Of a stretch of 64,000 nucleotides of DNA, positions 1-9,585 are shown piece by piece. Positions within the stretch are counted from its first letter, which is position 1, and every line of letters begins with the position of its first letter. Location: the IMG/VR virus record IMGVR_UViG_3300035696_000012, positions 32,001-96,000 of that record; one strand, written 5' to 3'. A program made the translations under genes and the position numbers. Origin of the DNA: a virus. The notes beneath the pieces are model-generated. The model made no database searches, was not told the origin of the DNA, and saw only the letters and a program-made list of their open reading frames with translations.

Positions 1-1
1 A

Positions 2-271
2 TCAGTAACAGCATCAACTTATACCGCATTAGTAACTGATGATATAATTGCGGCAGATCCGACAAGTAATACAATTGCAATTACATTACCATCTTCACCA
101 ACAACTGGAGATACTCTTGTTATTAAGGATATAACTGGACAAGCAAGTACAAATAGTATAACGGTTAGTCCAGCGTCCGGCAACATCGATGGCGCTACAA
201 GTTTCGTTATGGATATAAATTATGCTAGTATTACAGTAGTATATACTGGGGCACAATGGAATATTCTATAA
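2..271 (+). CDS. 3' end of a fibre/virion protein (partial, runs off the left edge)
   Basis: Frame 2 is open from base 2 to TAA 269-271: SVTASTYTALVTDDIIAADPTSNTIAITLPSSPTTGDTLVIKDITGQASTNSITVSPASGNIDGATSFVMDINYASITVVYTGAQWNIL; same LP..P..G....IKD..G.A....I.V.....IDG......NY..IT.V..G..W module as the C-terminus of 9586..10413. Not in the ORF track. Confidence 0.75.
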   Translation, partial: SVTASTYTALVTDDIIAADPTSNTIAITLPSSPTTGDTLVIKDITGQASTNSITVSPASGNIDGATSFVMDINYASITVVYTGAQWNIL

Positions 272-286
272 CTTATAGCTTCATAC

Positions 287-300
287 TAATGATGACATAT
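287..300 (+). promoter_or_regulatory. Candidate phage late promoter (TAAT-N8-AT)
   Basis: acTAATgatgacatATaat; 16 nt between motif and TTG start at 317; AGGAG RBS in between. Confidence 0.45.
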
Positions 301-316
301 AATATTAGGAGTACAA

Positions 317-736
317 TTGTCATATAAGGAACCAAGAGCATTAACTTCTGACTTCGGATTAATTAAATTATCCGGAGATCTTGCTGGTACTGCAGCTTCT
401 CCTACAGTTGTAAAAATTAATACACACACAGTTGCAACACAATCTCTTGGGGCATCACAAGACGGTTATGTATTAACTTGGGTTAATGCAACATCTTCTT
501 GGACTGCCGAAATCGCTCCCGGTAGCACTGGACCAACAGGAGCAGCTGGTGGAGATCTTGGTGGAACTTACCCAAATCCAACGGTTATAGCCATACAAAC
601 AATACCAATTAGTTCAACAACACCAACAAACGGACAAGTATTAACATATGTCTTGTCTGCTGGAAAATGGGAACCGCAAACTGCAACTGCGACAACACCA
701 AGTATTGCTCGCACTTTCCTCTTAATGGGAGCATAG
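317..736 (+). CDS. Small fibre-associated virion protein
   Basis: TTG start after AGGAG; two GDLxGT..PTV repeats (GDLAGTAASPTV, GDLGGTYPNPTV) and two ..G(Y/Q)VLT(W/Y)......W segments typical of phage fibre shaft repeats. Confidence 0.7.
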   Translation: MSYKEPRALTSDFGLIKLSGDLAGTAASPTVVKINTHTVATQSLGASQDGYVLTWVNATSSWTAEIAPGSTGPTGAAGGDLGGTYPNPTVIAIQTIPISSTTPTNGQVLTYVLSAGKWEPQTATATTPSIARTFLLMGA

Positions 737-745
737 GAAAATACA

Positions 746-1090
746 ATGACAGATACTTTTCAAGTTTTAGGACAACTAAATATCACCACAACTGGGACTT
801 TACAAACTTTATATACAGTTCCAGCTGCTACTTCTACAACGGTTTCTACTTTGGCAGTATGCAACCAAAATAATAGCACAATTGCTTTTAGCGTAACAGT
901 TAGAAGTGTTGCAGGTGCAAATACTGATTTATATTTATATGGTGGTTCGGTAGCCGGTGGAATTGAATTATCTGGACCAAATACTTTTCTAGCTACTTTG
1001 GGCATTACACTTGCTACTGGAGATATTATTAAAGTTCAATCTGATACAACAAACGTAACTTTCCATGTTTTTGGTGTTCAAATAACTTAA
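746..1090 (+). CDS. Small beta-rich virion-associated protein
   Basis: 114 aa; TLYTVPAAT..V.....CN...L.TGD.I.V pattern common in small phage structural proteins; TAGGA RBS overlaps upstream stop. Confidence 0.65.
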   Translation: MTDTFQVLGQLNITTTGTLQTLYTVPAATSTTVSTLAVCNQNNSTIAFSVTVRSVAGANTDLYLYGGSVAGGIELSGPNTFLATLGITLATGDIIKVQSDTTNVTFHVFGVQIT

Positions 1091-1114
1091 TCTCTAAAAC
1101 AGCTTTCAATATAC

Positions 1115-1128
1115 TAAACTTTTGGTAT
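1115..1128 (+). promoter_or_regulatory. Candidate phage late promoter (variant TAAA-N8-AT)
   Basis: atacTAAActtttggtATct; 17 nt before ATG 1146; ATACTAA identical to 283-289. Confidence 0.35.
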
Positions 1129-1145
1129 CTAATTAGGAATAATAC

Positions 1146-3275
1146 ATGTCACAAGGCACCGCAGTAACTGTCAATAATATCAACCTAGTCTCTCTAAGTG
1201 GCGACATCACTGGATCCACTATCGACGGCTATGTTTCTTCTATTAGCGGTACTTCTCCAGTAATTATTACCCCTAACTCTTTGCAATGGGTTAGTTCAGT
1301 CACTTCTCCTACTTTGACCCAAGCTTCTTCGGCTAATCAAGGTCAAACTTTAACTATCCAGGCGCAGGGAACCGGTGGTTCCAGTACAGGTGGTAATTTA
1401 ATTCTAGCTTCCGGAAGTTCTTTATCAGGTTCCGCTGGTAACATTATTTTTCAATTGGGCGCTACCACTGGACTTACACTTTTGCCCTCTGGAACTTTAC
1501 AGTTTCCAGCTACGGCTACAGCTACTATTAACCAGGCTGCTTCAACTGGCTCCGGTGCTAATTTAAGCATCACCGCTCAATCTGCCGGTAGCGTTGGTGA
1601 CAACGGTGGTTCTTTGATCCTTACTTCAGGAGCCTCTACCACAACTGGAACTTCTGGCAATGTTACCATAAATACAGGAACTCCTGGTGCTGGCGGTACC
1701 GCAGGGAATATTCAATTCCAAGTCAGCGGCACTACACAAGCTTTCGTTAATAGCTCTGGTCTTGGTATCGGATCTACCCCTGGTACATCACCAACTATTT
1801 CTTCTGGTTCTGGTGTCCCATCATCTACTCAACCAACAGGTTCTATTTATCTCAATACAAACGGTAGTAGTAATACAGGCATTTATACTCGTTATAGTAA
1901 TATTTGGAGTTCTTCTGTTGCATATACTGGTTTGACAGCCCCAGTATCATTTACAACCAATACCAATACTAGCTCGCCTTATGTAGTTGACGTAACTGTT
2001 GGAAATGACGCAGTAATTCTACATAGTCACTCCGGCGCTCCAACGACTTATGTAATGCCAGCTCCCACTGTTGGAAGACAAGTTATTATTCGAGATATCA
2101 CTGGAACTATTGAAACAACAAATCAGACTGGTGGTTATATTACTGGAACCGCTTCTACCAGCAACGTTATATTCGTAGCTCCACACGCTGCTGAATCGTT
2201 CAATACCAGTTCTGGATATTCATTAACTGGTACGGTTACTAATTCCGCCTCTACTACCGTAACTGGTAGCAGCACTTTATTTACAAAAGAATTAGCTCCC
2301 GGTATGAGTATTACTTTCAGTAATCAATCGGGCGTCTCTTACATCGTATCATCTATAACTAATGACACTTCTTTAACTCTTACTACTGCTTTTACTGGAA
2401 CAGGTAGTTCGGGTAATACTGCTAAAATGAATAGTTTAGCCTATTATGCTAATTGGGGTACTCTTACTTTATTTAGTGATGGTACAAACTGGTTTGCTTC
2501 CAGTAATAAACCTCTTCGTGTTTATCTGACTGCTAATGGTACTTTTATCCCTTCTCCTGGTTGTACTGCAGCTTATTTAGTTGGATGTGGCGGTGGCGGT
2601 GGCGGTGGCGGTGGAACTACCAATCAAGCTGGTGGTGGCGGAGGTGGCGCAACTCAATCTACTATGACGGTTAATCTTACACCTAATATTTCTGGTGGTT
2701 ATGTTGTTACTATTGGTGCTGGTGGCACAGCCGGTAGTACTGGTGCTGCTGGTGGAGCCGGCGGTACTACTTCTTTTGGTACTACTTCCATTGCTAATTT
2801 TTATGGAGCTTCTGGCGGAGGAGCCGGTAGCACTGCTAATCAATATGCCGCAGGAGGATTATCATTTAATACAGGTATTAGTGGTAATTTGAATATTTAT
2901 TCTTCCAGTAACTCCACAGGCAATGGAACTGCAGCAATTGGATCCGGCACTACCATTACCAGTGCTAATATAACTGGCTCTACTGCTATGGGTGGATATG
3001 GTGGTAATAGCGGCGGTAGTTCAGGTGGCACAGGAATGACTAATATAAGCGCAACTTTAACTAGTTATACTGGTGGTACTGGTGGCACCGGTACGAATGG
3101 TTCTGGCGGTGGTGGTGCAGGTCCTCAAGGCAACGGTGCAACAGGTACGACTAATGGTAATCCCGGAAATACACCAAATGCTAACAGTGGTGCCGGTGGC
3201 AGTGGAGGCGGAGGCGGTGCCACTACTGGTGGAGCGGGTGGAAGCGGATATCTCTATGTATATACTTGGATGTAA
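1146..3275 (+). CDS. Tail fibre/adhesin paralogue 1, Ser/Thr-rich shaft and Gly-rich C-terminal domain
   Basis: 709 aa; GDITGS start motif, LTIQAQG..G.GGNL.L.SG repeats, central TVTGSSTLF..ELAPG fibre domain, F.P..G.T.A...GCGGGGGGG Gly-rich domain ending GGSGYLYV. Confidence 0.8.
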   Translation: MSQGTAVTVNNINLVSLSGDITGSTIDGYVSSISGTSPVIITPNSLQWVSSVTSPTLTQASSANQGQTLTIQAQGTGGSSTGGNLILASGSSLSGSAGNIIFQLGATTGLTLLPSGTLQFPATATATINQAASTGSGANLSITAQSAGSVGDNGGSLILTSGASTTTGTSGNVTINTGTPGAGGTAGNIQFQVSGTTQAFVNSSGLGIGSTPGTSPTISSGSGVPSSTQPTGSIYLNTNGSSNTGIYTRYSNIWSSSVAYTGLTAPVSFTTNTNTSSPYVVDVTVGNDAVILHSHSGAPTTYVMPAPTVGRQVIIRDITGTIETTNQTGGYITGTASTSNVIFVAPHAAESFNTSSGYSLTGTVTNSASTTVTGSSTLFTKELAPGMSITFSNQSGVSYIVSSITNDTSLTLTTAFTGTGSSGNTAKMNSLAYYANWGTLTLFSDGTNWFASSNKPLRVYLTANGTFIPSPGCTAAYLVGCGGGGGGGGGTTNQAGGGGGGATQSTMTVNLTPNISGGYVVTIGAGGTAGSTGAAGGAGGTTSFGTTSIANFYGASGGGAGSTANQYAAGGLSFNTGISGNLNIYSSSNSTGNGTAAIGSGTTITSANITGSTAMGGYGGNSGGSSGGTGMTNISATLTSYTGGTGGTGTNGSGGGGAGPQGNGATGTTNGNPGNTPNANSGAGGSGGGGGATTGGAGGSGYLYVYTWM
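2473..2520 (+). repeat. 48-nt conserved block, copy 1
   Basis: ttagtgatggtacaaactggtttgcttccagtaataaacctcttcgtg; 47/48 identical to 4647..4694 and 45/48 to 6795..6842. Confidence 0.85.
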
Positions 3276-3286
3276 AGGTCAAATAA

Positions 3287-5428
3287 ATGGCTCAAAGTAA
3301 CATAATTTTATACGGTGATGTAATTGGTAATAGCAGTAGTAATACTGTTTATTCTATTACTGGTATTTCAGCCACCTCGACCATACCAGTCAATCCAGCT
3401 ACCCTACAATGGTTGAGCACCGTTGCTTCTCCTACATTAAGTCAATTTACTAATGCTTACGTAGCAGGACAAAATCTTACTATTCAAGCACAAGGAAGTA
3501 CTTTTAATTCTGCTAATGGTGGTAATTTAGTTTTAGCTTCTGGTACTACTTCTTCTGGGACAGTTGGTAATATTCAATTACAACTTGGTAATACTACTGG
3601 TCTAACTCTTTTAGCTACTGGAACTTTACAATTTGGAACGGCAATTACTGCTGGTGGTATTAGTCAAGCATCTTCTTCTGGAACCGCTACTAATCTAAAT
3701 ATCACTGCCCAGTCTGCTGGAGGTTCCGCTAATAATGGTGGTGCGTTAATTTTAACTTCCGGAGCCTCTACTACGACTGGCACTTCCGGTAACGTTACTT
3801 TCAATGCTGCTACACCTGGCACAAGCGGTACTACTGGAAATATTCTCTTCCAAATAAGCGGTACCACTCAGGCTTTCGTGACTGGATTATCATCAAGTAC
3901 TGGTTTAGGCATCGGATCTACTCCTGGCACCTCTCCTACCGTTACCTCTGGATCTGGTACACCATCTACCACTCAAACCAGTGGATCTATTTACCTAAAT
4001 ACTAGTACCACTAATACGGGTCTGTATACTCGACAAAATAGTGCCTGGTCCCAATTGATTTCATCAAGTGTTAGTACATTGACAGCGCCCGTTACCGAAG
4101 CAATTTCTACTAATACCTCTCATAGTATTTATACTGTCGATAGCACTACTGGAAGTTATGATGGAGTTATTCTTCATAATCGTTCTGGATTTACCACTTA
4201 CGTGATGCCAGCCCCTACAGCTGGACGACAAATTATTATTCGAGATATCACAGGAAGTATTGAAACTACAGCCACCAATGGAACTAATGCTAATACCGGT
4301 TTTATTACTGGAACTGGCACTAATAGCAACACCATTTTTATAGCTCCTCACGGCACCGAATCATTTAATACCAGCTCCGGTTTTGTTTTGAGTGGAGTTG
4401 GCACTTTCAATGTTACCAACGGTTCTGCCACTGTAACAGCAACCGGATCTTCGTTCACTACTCAATTAGCTCCCGGAATGAGTATCACGTTCAATGCTCA
4501 ACTAGGTATTTCTTACACGATTTTAAGTATAGCTTCAAATACTTCTCTAACTTTAGCAACTAATTATACTGGTACTACTACCACTATTTCTAGTGCTACT
4601 ATGAATAGTCTAGCTTATTATGCTAATTACGGTACTCTCACTCTAATTAGTGATGGTACAAATTGGTTTGCTTCCAGTAATAAACCTCTTCGTGCTTATC
4701 TAACCGGTAGTACGGGAAGCTTTTTTGTTTCTCCGGGTATTACCAATGCTTTCATAACTGCCGCTGGTGGTGGAGGTGGCGGAGGAGGAGGAACTTCTAC
4801 CGGTAGTGGAGGCGGTGGAGGAGGTGGAGCAATTCAATCTACTACTAATATTTCTGTAACTCCAAATACTACTTACGGTGTAACTATTGGTGCTGGTGGA
4901 ACAGCTGGTAGTACTGGTGCTGCTGGTGGAACTGGTGGCATAACTTCTTTTAGCTCTTTAGCTTATTTCTATGGTGCTTCTGGCGGTGGATTTAATTCGA
5001 CAGGAGCAACTTATGCCTGTGGTGGATATCCATTTACTAGCAATGGTTCTACCAACGTATATTCTTCTGTGGCATACGCAGGTACTGGAGCAATTTCTAG
5101 TGCTAATCCTACTAACATTACTTCTAGCAGTTTATTTGGACAATTATCTATGGGAGGTTCCGGAGCTTACAGCAGCGCAACATCTTTTGCAGGTTTAGAA
5201 AATACTACCGGTAATGGCTCTTATATTGGTGGTGCAGCCGGTGGTACTTCTGGTGGTGGTGGCGGTGGCGCTGGACCTCAAGGAACAGGAGCAGCTGGCG
5301 GTGCTTCTGGAGTAGGTGGATCATCTGCTGGCAATAATACAGGTGCAGGTGGTGGAGGCGGAGGCGTGGGCTCAACTTCTGGTGGAACTGGTGGAAGCGG
5401 ATATCTATATCTATTAATGTATATGTAA
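3287..5428 (+). CDS. Tail fibre/adhesin paralogue 2
   Basis: 713 aa, colinear with 1146..3275 (MNSLAYYANYGTLTLISDGTNWFASSNKPLR; ends GGSGYLYL). Confidence 0.8.
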   Translation: MAQSNIILYGDVIGNSSSNTVYSITGISATSTIPVNPATLQWLSTVASPTLSQFTNAYVAGQNLTIQAQGSTFNSANGGNLVLASGTTSSGTVGNIQLQLGNTTGLTLLATGTLQFGTAITAGGISQASSSGTATNLNITAQSAGGSANNGGALILTSGASTTTGTSGNVTFNAATPGTSGTTGNILFQISGTTQAFVTGLSSSTGLGIGSTPGTSPTVTSGSGTPSTTQTSGSIYLNTSTTNTGLYTRQNSAWSQLISSSVSTLTAPVTEAISTNTSHSIYTVDSTTGSYDGVILHNRSGFTTYVMPAPTAGRQIIIRDITGSIETTATNGTNANTGFITGTGTNSNTIFIAPHGTESFNTSSGFVLSGVGTFNVTNGSATVTATGSSFTTQLAPGMSITFNAQLGISYTILSIASNTSLTLATNYTGTTTTISSATMNSLAYYANYGTLTLISDGTNWFASSNKPLRAYLTGSTGSFFVSPGITNAFITAAGGGGGGGGGTSTGSGGGGGGGAIQSTTNISVTPNTTYGVTIGAGGTAGSTGAAGGTGGITSFSSLAYFYGASGGGFNSTGATYACGGYPFTSNGSTNVYSSVAYAGTGAISSANPTNITSSSLFGQLSMGGSGAYSSATSFAGLENTTGNGSYIGGAAGGTSGGGGGGAGPQGTGAAGGASGVGGSSAGNNTGAGGGGGGVGSTSGGTGGSGYLYLLMYM
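4647..4694 (+). repeat. 48-nt conserved block, copy 2
   Basis: One C/T mismatch to 2473..2520. Confidence 0.85.
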
Positions 5429-5443
5429 ATGAGGAATGAGTAA

Positions 5444-7552
5444 ATGAATATAAATGGTATTATGGTAGCTGGTGATATTGCTGGAAGTAGCGATTCTAAC
5501 GTCGTTGTTTCTATCAGTGGATCTTCTCCGATCAATATAACTCCCAATACTTTACAATGGGCTACTAGCACCGTTTTTCCTGTTCTTAGCCAAACATCTT
5601 CAGCTACCGCTGCTGGACAAGCTCTAACTATTCAAGCACAGGGTAGCACAGGCTCTAGCACTAATGGCGGTAATTTAGTTTTATCTTCCGGAACTTCCAT
5701 CTCTGGAACTGCTGGTAATATTCAATTACAATCTGGCACTACCACCAATTTAACCTTAATTTCTACCGGATCTTTGCAATTTGGATCTACCGTTTCTTCA
5801 CCAACTATTACTCAAGCGGCAGCTTCAGCTGCCGGCGGCAATTTAAGTATTACTGCTCAATCTGCCGGTGGAACTACTAACAATGGAGGATCATTAGTTT
5901 TAACTTCTGGATCTTCTTCTACTACTGGCACTTCTGGCAACATTACCATTAATACTGCTACTCCAGGTGGATCTAATCCCGGTAATATTCTTTTCCAAAT
6001 TAGTGGCACTACTCAAGCTTTCGTTACCACTAATACCAACGGAACTGGATTAGGCATCGGATCTACTCCAGGTACATCACCAACTATTACTTCTGGATCT
6101 GGAGCACCTTCGTCAACTGAACCAAATGGCTCTGTTTATCTGAATACTAATTTATCAGCAACTGGTTCTATAGTTTATACTCGTCAGAATGGATCGTGGT
6201 TTTCCCTACCTCCAACTGGTAGCCAAATCATACCATTAACTGAAACTATTAATACCAATACTGGAACGGCTGGTACTCAATCAGTTTATACTGTAGACTC
6301 CACCAATGGTTCTGACGGAATTATTCTTCATAATCATACTGGAGCTCCTACTACATACATTATGCCAGCTCCTACAGCAGGTCGTCAAATTATTATTCGA
6401 GATATAACTGGCAATATTGAAACTACTAATCAAACGGCTGGTTTAATCACTGGCTCTGGAACTACCAGTAATGTTATTTTTATAGCACCACACACTACTG
6501 AGTCCTTCAATGGAAGTTTCGGATATTCTTTGACAGGTTCCGCTTACCATTTTACTAGCGGTTCTGCCGTGGTGACAGCCAGTAGTTCCCTGTTTACCAC
6601 TGAATTAGCCCCTGGTATGAGTATTGTACCAGTTGGTGGTACTGCAACCACAACGGCTTCTTATATTATTGCTTCTATTCAATCCTCTACTCAATTCACA
6701 CTCACTGCTAATTACACCGGTACTACCAGTACTACAAGTACCGCTAAAATGAACAGCTTAGCCTATTATGCTAATTACGGTACCCTTACATTAATTAGTA
6801 ATGGTACAAACTGGTTTGCTTCCAGCAATAAACCACTTCGTGCATATTTTACTTCCACTATTACCAATGGTGTGTTTATCCCTTCTCCCGGTTGTACTAG
6901 TGCAACTCTGATTGGGTGTGGCGGTGGAGGTGGCGGTGGAGTAGAAAGTGGTACTGAAACTGGTGCAGGCGGTGGAGGAGCATTACAATCTGTAGTAAAT
7001 GTAAGTCTTACTCCTAATCTTACTGGCGGTTACGCTGTTGCTATTGGTGCCGGTGGGAACGCAGGTTCAAGTGGTGTTGGTGCAGTTGGAGGCAACACTG
7101 CACTAGGAACTATAGCTTATTTTTACGGAGCTTCTGGTGGAGGAGCAACCGCTGGCGCCGGGTTAAGTTCTGGCGGATATCCAATTACTAATAACGGAGT
7201 TAATATTTACAGTGATGCTGTTACTGGAGCTGGCGTTGCATCTATCGCTGTATCTACCACTATTACATCAACTAATTTACCAGGTATGATTGCGATGGGA
7301 GCATCTTCTGTTCTTGGAGCTAGTACATCTGGATTTATCAATATTATGGGTAACGGATCTTATACCGGTGGTACTACTACCAATGGCGGCGGTGGTGGAG
7401 CAGGACCACAAGGCAGCGGTGGAAACGGTGCTAACGCTGGTACAGCTGGCTCAGGCGCTGCTAATACTGGAGCTGGTGGCGGTGGAACTTATGGTACTGG
7501 TACAGCAGGTGCTGGTGGCTCGGGTTATCTATATGTCATTCTTCCAATGTAA
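5444..7552 (+). CDS. Tail fibre/adhesin paralogue 3
   Basis: 702 aa, colinear with paralogues 1 and 2; ends GGSGYLYV. Confidence 0.8.
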   Translation: MNINGIMVAGDIAGSSDSNVVVSISGSSPINITPNTLQWATSTVFPVLSQTSSATAAGQALTIQAQGSTGSSTNGGNLVLSSGTSISGTAGNIQLQSGTTTNLTLISTGSLQFGSTVSSPTITQAAASAAGGNLSITAQSAGGTTNNGGSLVLTSGSSSTTGTSGNITINTATPGGSNPGNILFQISGTTQAFVTTNTNGTGLGIGSTPGTSPTITSGSGAPSSTEPNGSVYLNTNLSATGSIVYTRQNGSWFSLPPTGSQIIPLTETINTNTGTAGTQSVYTVDSTNGSDGIILHNHTGAPTTYIMPAPTAGRQIIIRDITGNIETTNQTAGLITGSGTTSNVIFIAPHTTESFNGSFGYSLTGSAYHFTSGSAVVTASSSLFTTELAPGMSIVPVGGTATTTASYIIASIQSSTQFTLTANYTGTTSTTSTAKMNSLAYYANYGTLTLISNGTNWFASSNKPLRAYFTSTITNGVFIPSPGCTSATLIGCGGGGGGGVESGTETGAGGGGALQSVVNVSLTPNLTGGYAVAIGAGGNAGSSGVGAVGGNTALGTIAYFYGASGGGATAGAGLSSGGYPITNNGVNIYSDAVTGAGVASIAVSTTITSTNLPGMIAMGASSVLGASTSGFINIMGNGSYTGGTTTNGGGGGAGPQGSGGNGANAGTAGSGAANTGAGGGGTYGTGTAGAGGSGYLYVILPM
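6795..6842 (+). repeat. 48-nt conserved block, copy 3
   Basis: Three mismatches to 2473..2520. Confidence 0.8.
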
Positions 7553-7561
7553 GGTTCAATA

Positions 7562-9583
7562 ATGACTTTAACGATTAATTTAAATGGTGATGTGGCAGGA
7601 ACTAATAATGGTAATGTGGTTGTTGCTATTAACGGATCTTCTCCACTTCCTATTGCTCCAGCTATATTACAGTGGATTAGTTCAATTACTTCTCCAACTC
7701 TAACTCAAACATCTAATACTTTTTCTGGTGCGACCGGTCAAGCCCTTACCATTATGGCGCAAAGTACAACTGGTACAGGCACAACTATTGGCGGTAATCT
7801 TAACTTAAATTCTGGCACAGGAGCTACCGGCGGAACTATTAATGTAATTGCTGGAGCCGGAACCACGGCTGGTGGTACTTTAAATTTAGCAGCTGGTACG
7901 GCTTCCACTGCGGCTGGTACAGGTGATGTTAATATTCAAGGTGGCTCTCCTAGTTCTCTAGTTAATATAGTCACTTTCAATGCCACCGATTTTGACAATG
8001 ATGGTTTGGTGGAAACAATGGGAATTGGTTCTTCCATGACCTCTCCTCGTATTTATCAAATAACAGGTAGCGGTGCTGGCACTAACCTAACTATTCAAGC
8101 TCAAAATGCTGCTGGCAGCAACAATAATGGCGGAAGCCTTCTTCTTAAAGGAGGTACCGCTACTGGAACTGGCACTACTGGTGGTATTATTCCTTCTGTG
8201 CAGGTACGAACAAACTCTTCCAATACCACTTATACTATTGATAGTACTGGTGGTGGTAGTGATTACCATATTTTGCATAATAACTTTAGTGGTTATGTTT
8301 CCTACGTATTACCAACACCAACTGCCGGACGAGAATTATTGATCAGAGATATTACTGGGGCAATCAATACAACTGGTTACAACGTTTTCATCGTGCCTCA
8401 TGCTGCCGAAGCAATTAACACTTCTTACGGTTATTATATAGGACCCAGTAGCACTACAAATACTACTTTTAGCATTACTAAAGGAAGCACTTCTGTCACC
8501 GCCGGAGCTTCTTTAGCCGGTATTTTAACGGCTGGTATGAGTATTTTCTTCAACAGTGATCTTAAGAGCTATATTGTTTCCGCTTTCAATGGCACTACCG
8601 GAATTACTCTAGCTTCTGCCTATACTGGTACCACTAGTTCTACCGCTACTGGTACCATTAGCAGTTTGACTTTCGCTGCTAACTATGGAGTATTGCGATT
8701 AGTCAGTGATGGAACTAATTGGTATGCTAAGGGCGATGGTACTTTAACTACCGTTACTTTTACTTCTAGCGGTACTTGGATTCCTCCACAGGGAGTAACA
8801 TCTGCTACTGTCACCGGTTATGGTGGAGGAGGTGGAGGAGGCGGTGGAGCAGGCAATGCTACTAATGCTGGAGGTGGTGGTGGAGGCGGCGGTGCAATTC
8901 AATCTACCGTTACAGTTACTGTAACACCGTCCTTTGGATATGTTGTTACTATTGGTGCTGGTGGAACCGGAGCTACTGCTGTTACCAATGCTGCTGGTAA
9001 CGTTGGTGGATCAGGTGGCAATACGACATTAGGTGGTATTTTAGCCTTATTTTCTGGTGCTTCTGGTGGCGGTAGCGGCTGTACAACAGCCAACTCTACT
9101 GCTAATACCGCCGGTGGTTTATGTAACAAGACTAACTCTATCGTAGGAAATACTCAAGGAAATCTTTACTCTGTTGCCGTTAGTGCTGGCGTAGGATTAA
9201 CTAGCAACGGTGTTAACGTATTTGTTGCTACGCCTGCTGGTGGTGGTTTTTCCGGTGCATTTCTTGCTGGTTCTGCAGGTGGATATAATCTGGTTACTAA
9301 CAATAATATAGCTGACACTGTTTATGCTCCTGGTTCAGGAGGTGCAGTAGCCGGTTCTGGTACCGCAGCTGGAGGTGGTGGCGGAGGCGGACAGGGTCCT
9401 GGTGGCAACGGTGGTAATGGTGGAGCTGGAGTAGCCACTGGTACTGCTAATGCTGGTAGTTCAGCTGCAGCTAATACCGGAGCTGGTGGTGGCGGCGGAG
9501 GTGGTCTTGGAGCTACAAGCCCAGCCGCTGGTGCAGGTGGTAATGGTGGATCAGGCTGGATGCAAATTGTGTATTCTCTATAA
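7562..9583 (+). CDS. Tail fibre/adhesin paralogue 4 (most divergent)
   Basis: 673 aa; same domain order (GDVAGT start, LPTPTAGRELLIRDITG, FAANYGVLRLVSDGTNW, FTSSGTWIPPQGVTSATV Gly-rich domain). Confidence 0.8.
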   Translation: MTLTINLNGDVAGTNNGNVVVAINGSSPLPIAPAILQWISSITSPTLTQTSNTFSGATGQALTIMAQSTTGTGTTIGGNLNLNSGTGATGGTINVIAGAGTTAGGTLNLAAGTASTAAGTGDVNIQGGSPSSLVNIVTFNATDFDNDGLVETMGIGSSMTSPRIYQITGSGAGTNLTIQAQNAAGSNNNGGSLLLKGGTATGTGTTGGIIPSVQVRTNSSNTTYTIDSTGGGSDYHILHNNFSGYVSYVLPTPTAGRELLIRDITGAINTTGYNVFIVPHAAEAINTSYGYYIGPSSTTNTTFSITKGSTSVTAGASLAGILTAGMSIFFNSDLKSYIVSAFNGTTGITLASAYTGTTSSTATGTISSLTFAANYGVLRLVSDGTNWYAKGDGTLTTVTFTSSGTWIPPQGVTSATVTGYGGGGGGGGGAGNATNAGGGGGGGGAIQSTVTVTVTPSFGYVVTIGAGGTGATAVTNAAGNVGGSGGNTTLGGILALFSGASGGGSGCTTANSTANTAGGLCNKTNSIVGNTQGNLYSVAVSAGVGLTSNGVNVFVATPAGGGFSGAFLAGSAGGYNLVTNNNIADTVYAPGSGGAVAGSGTAAGGGGGGGQGPGGNGGNGGAGVATGTANAGSSAAANTGAGGGGGGGLGATSPAAGAGGNGGSGWMQIVYSL

Positions 9584-9585
9584 TT

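Noticed and set aside
1146-9583. Diversity-generating retroelement or shufflon acting on the fibre paralogues
   Set aside because: No reverse transcriptase or invertase in the window, all copies are direct and full-length, and mismatches in the shared blocks are not adenine-specific.
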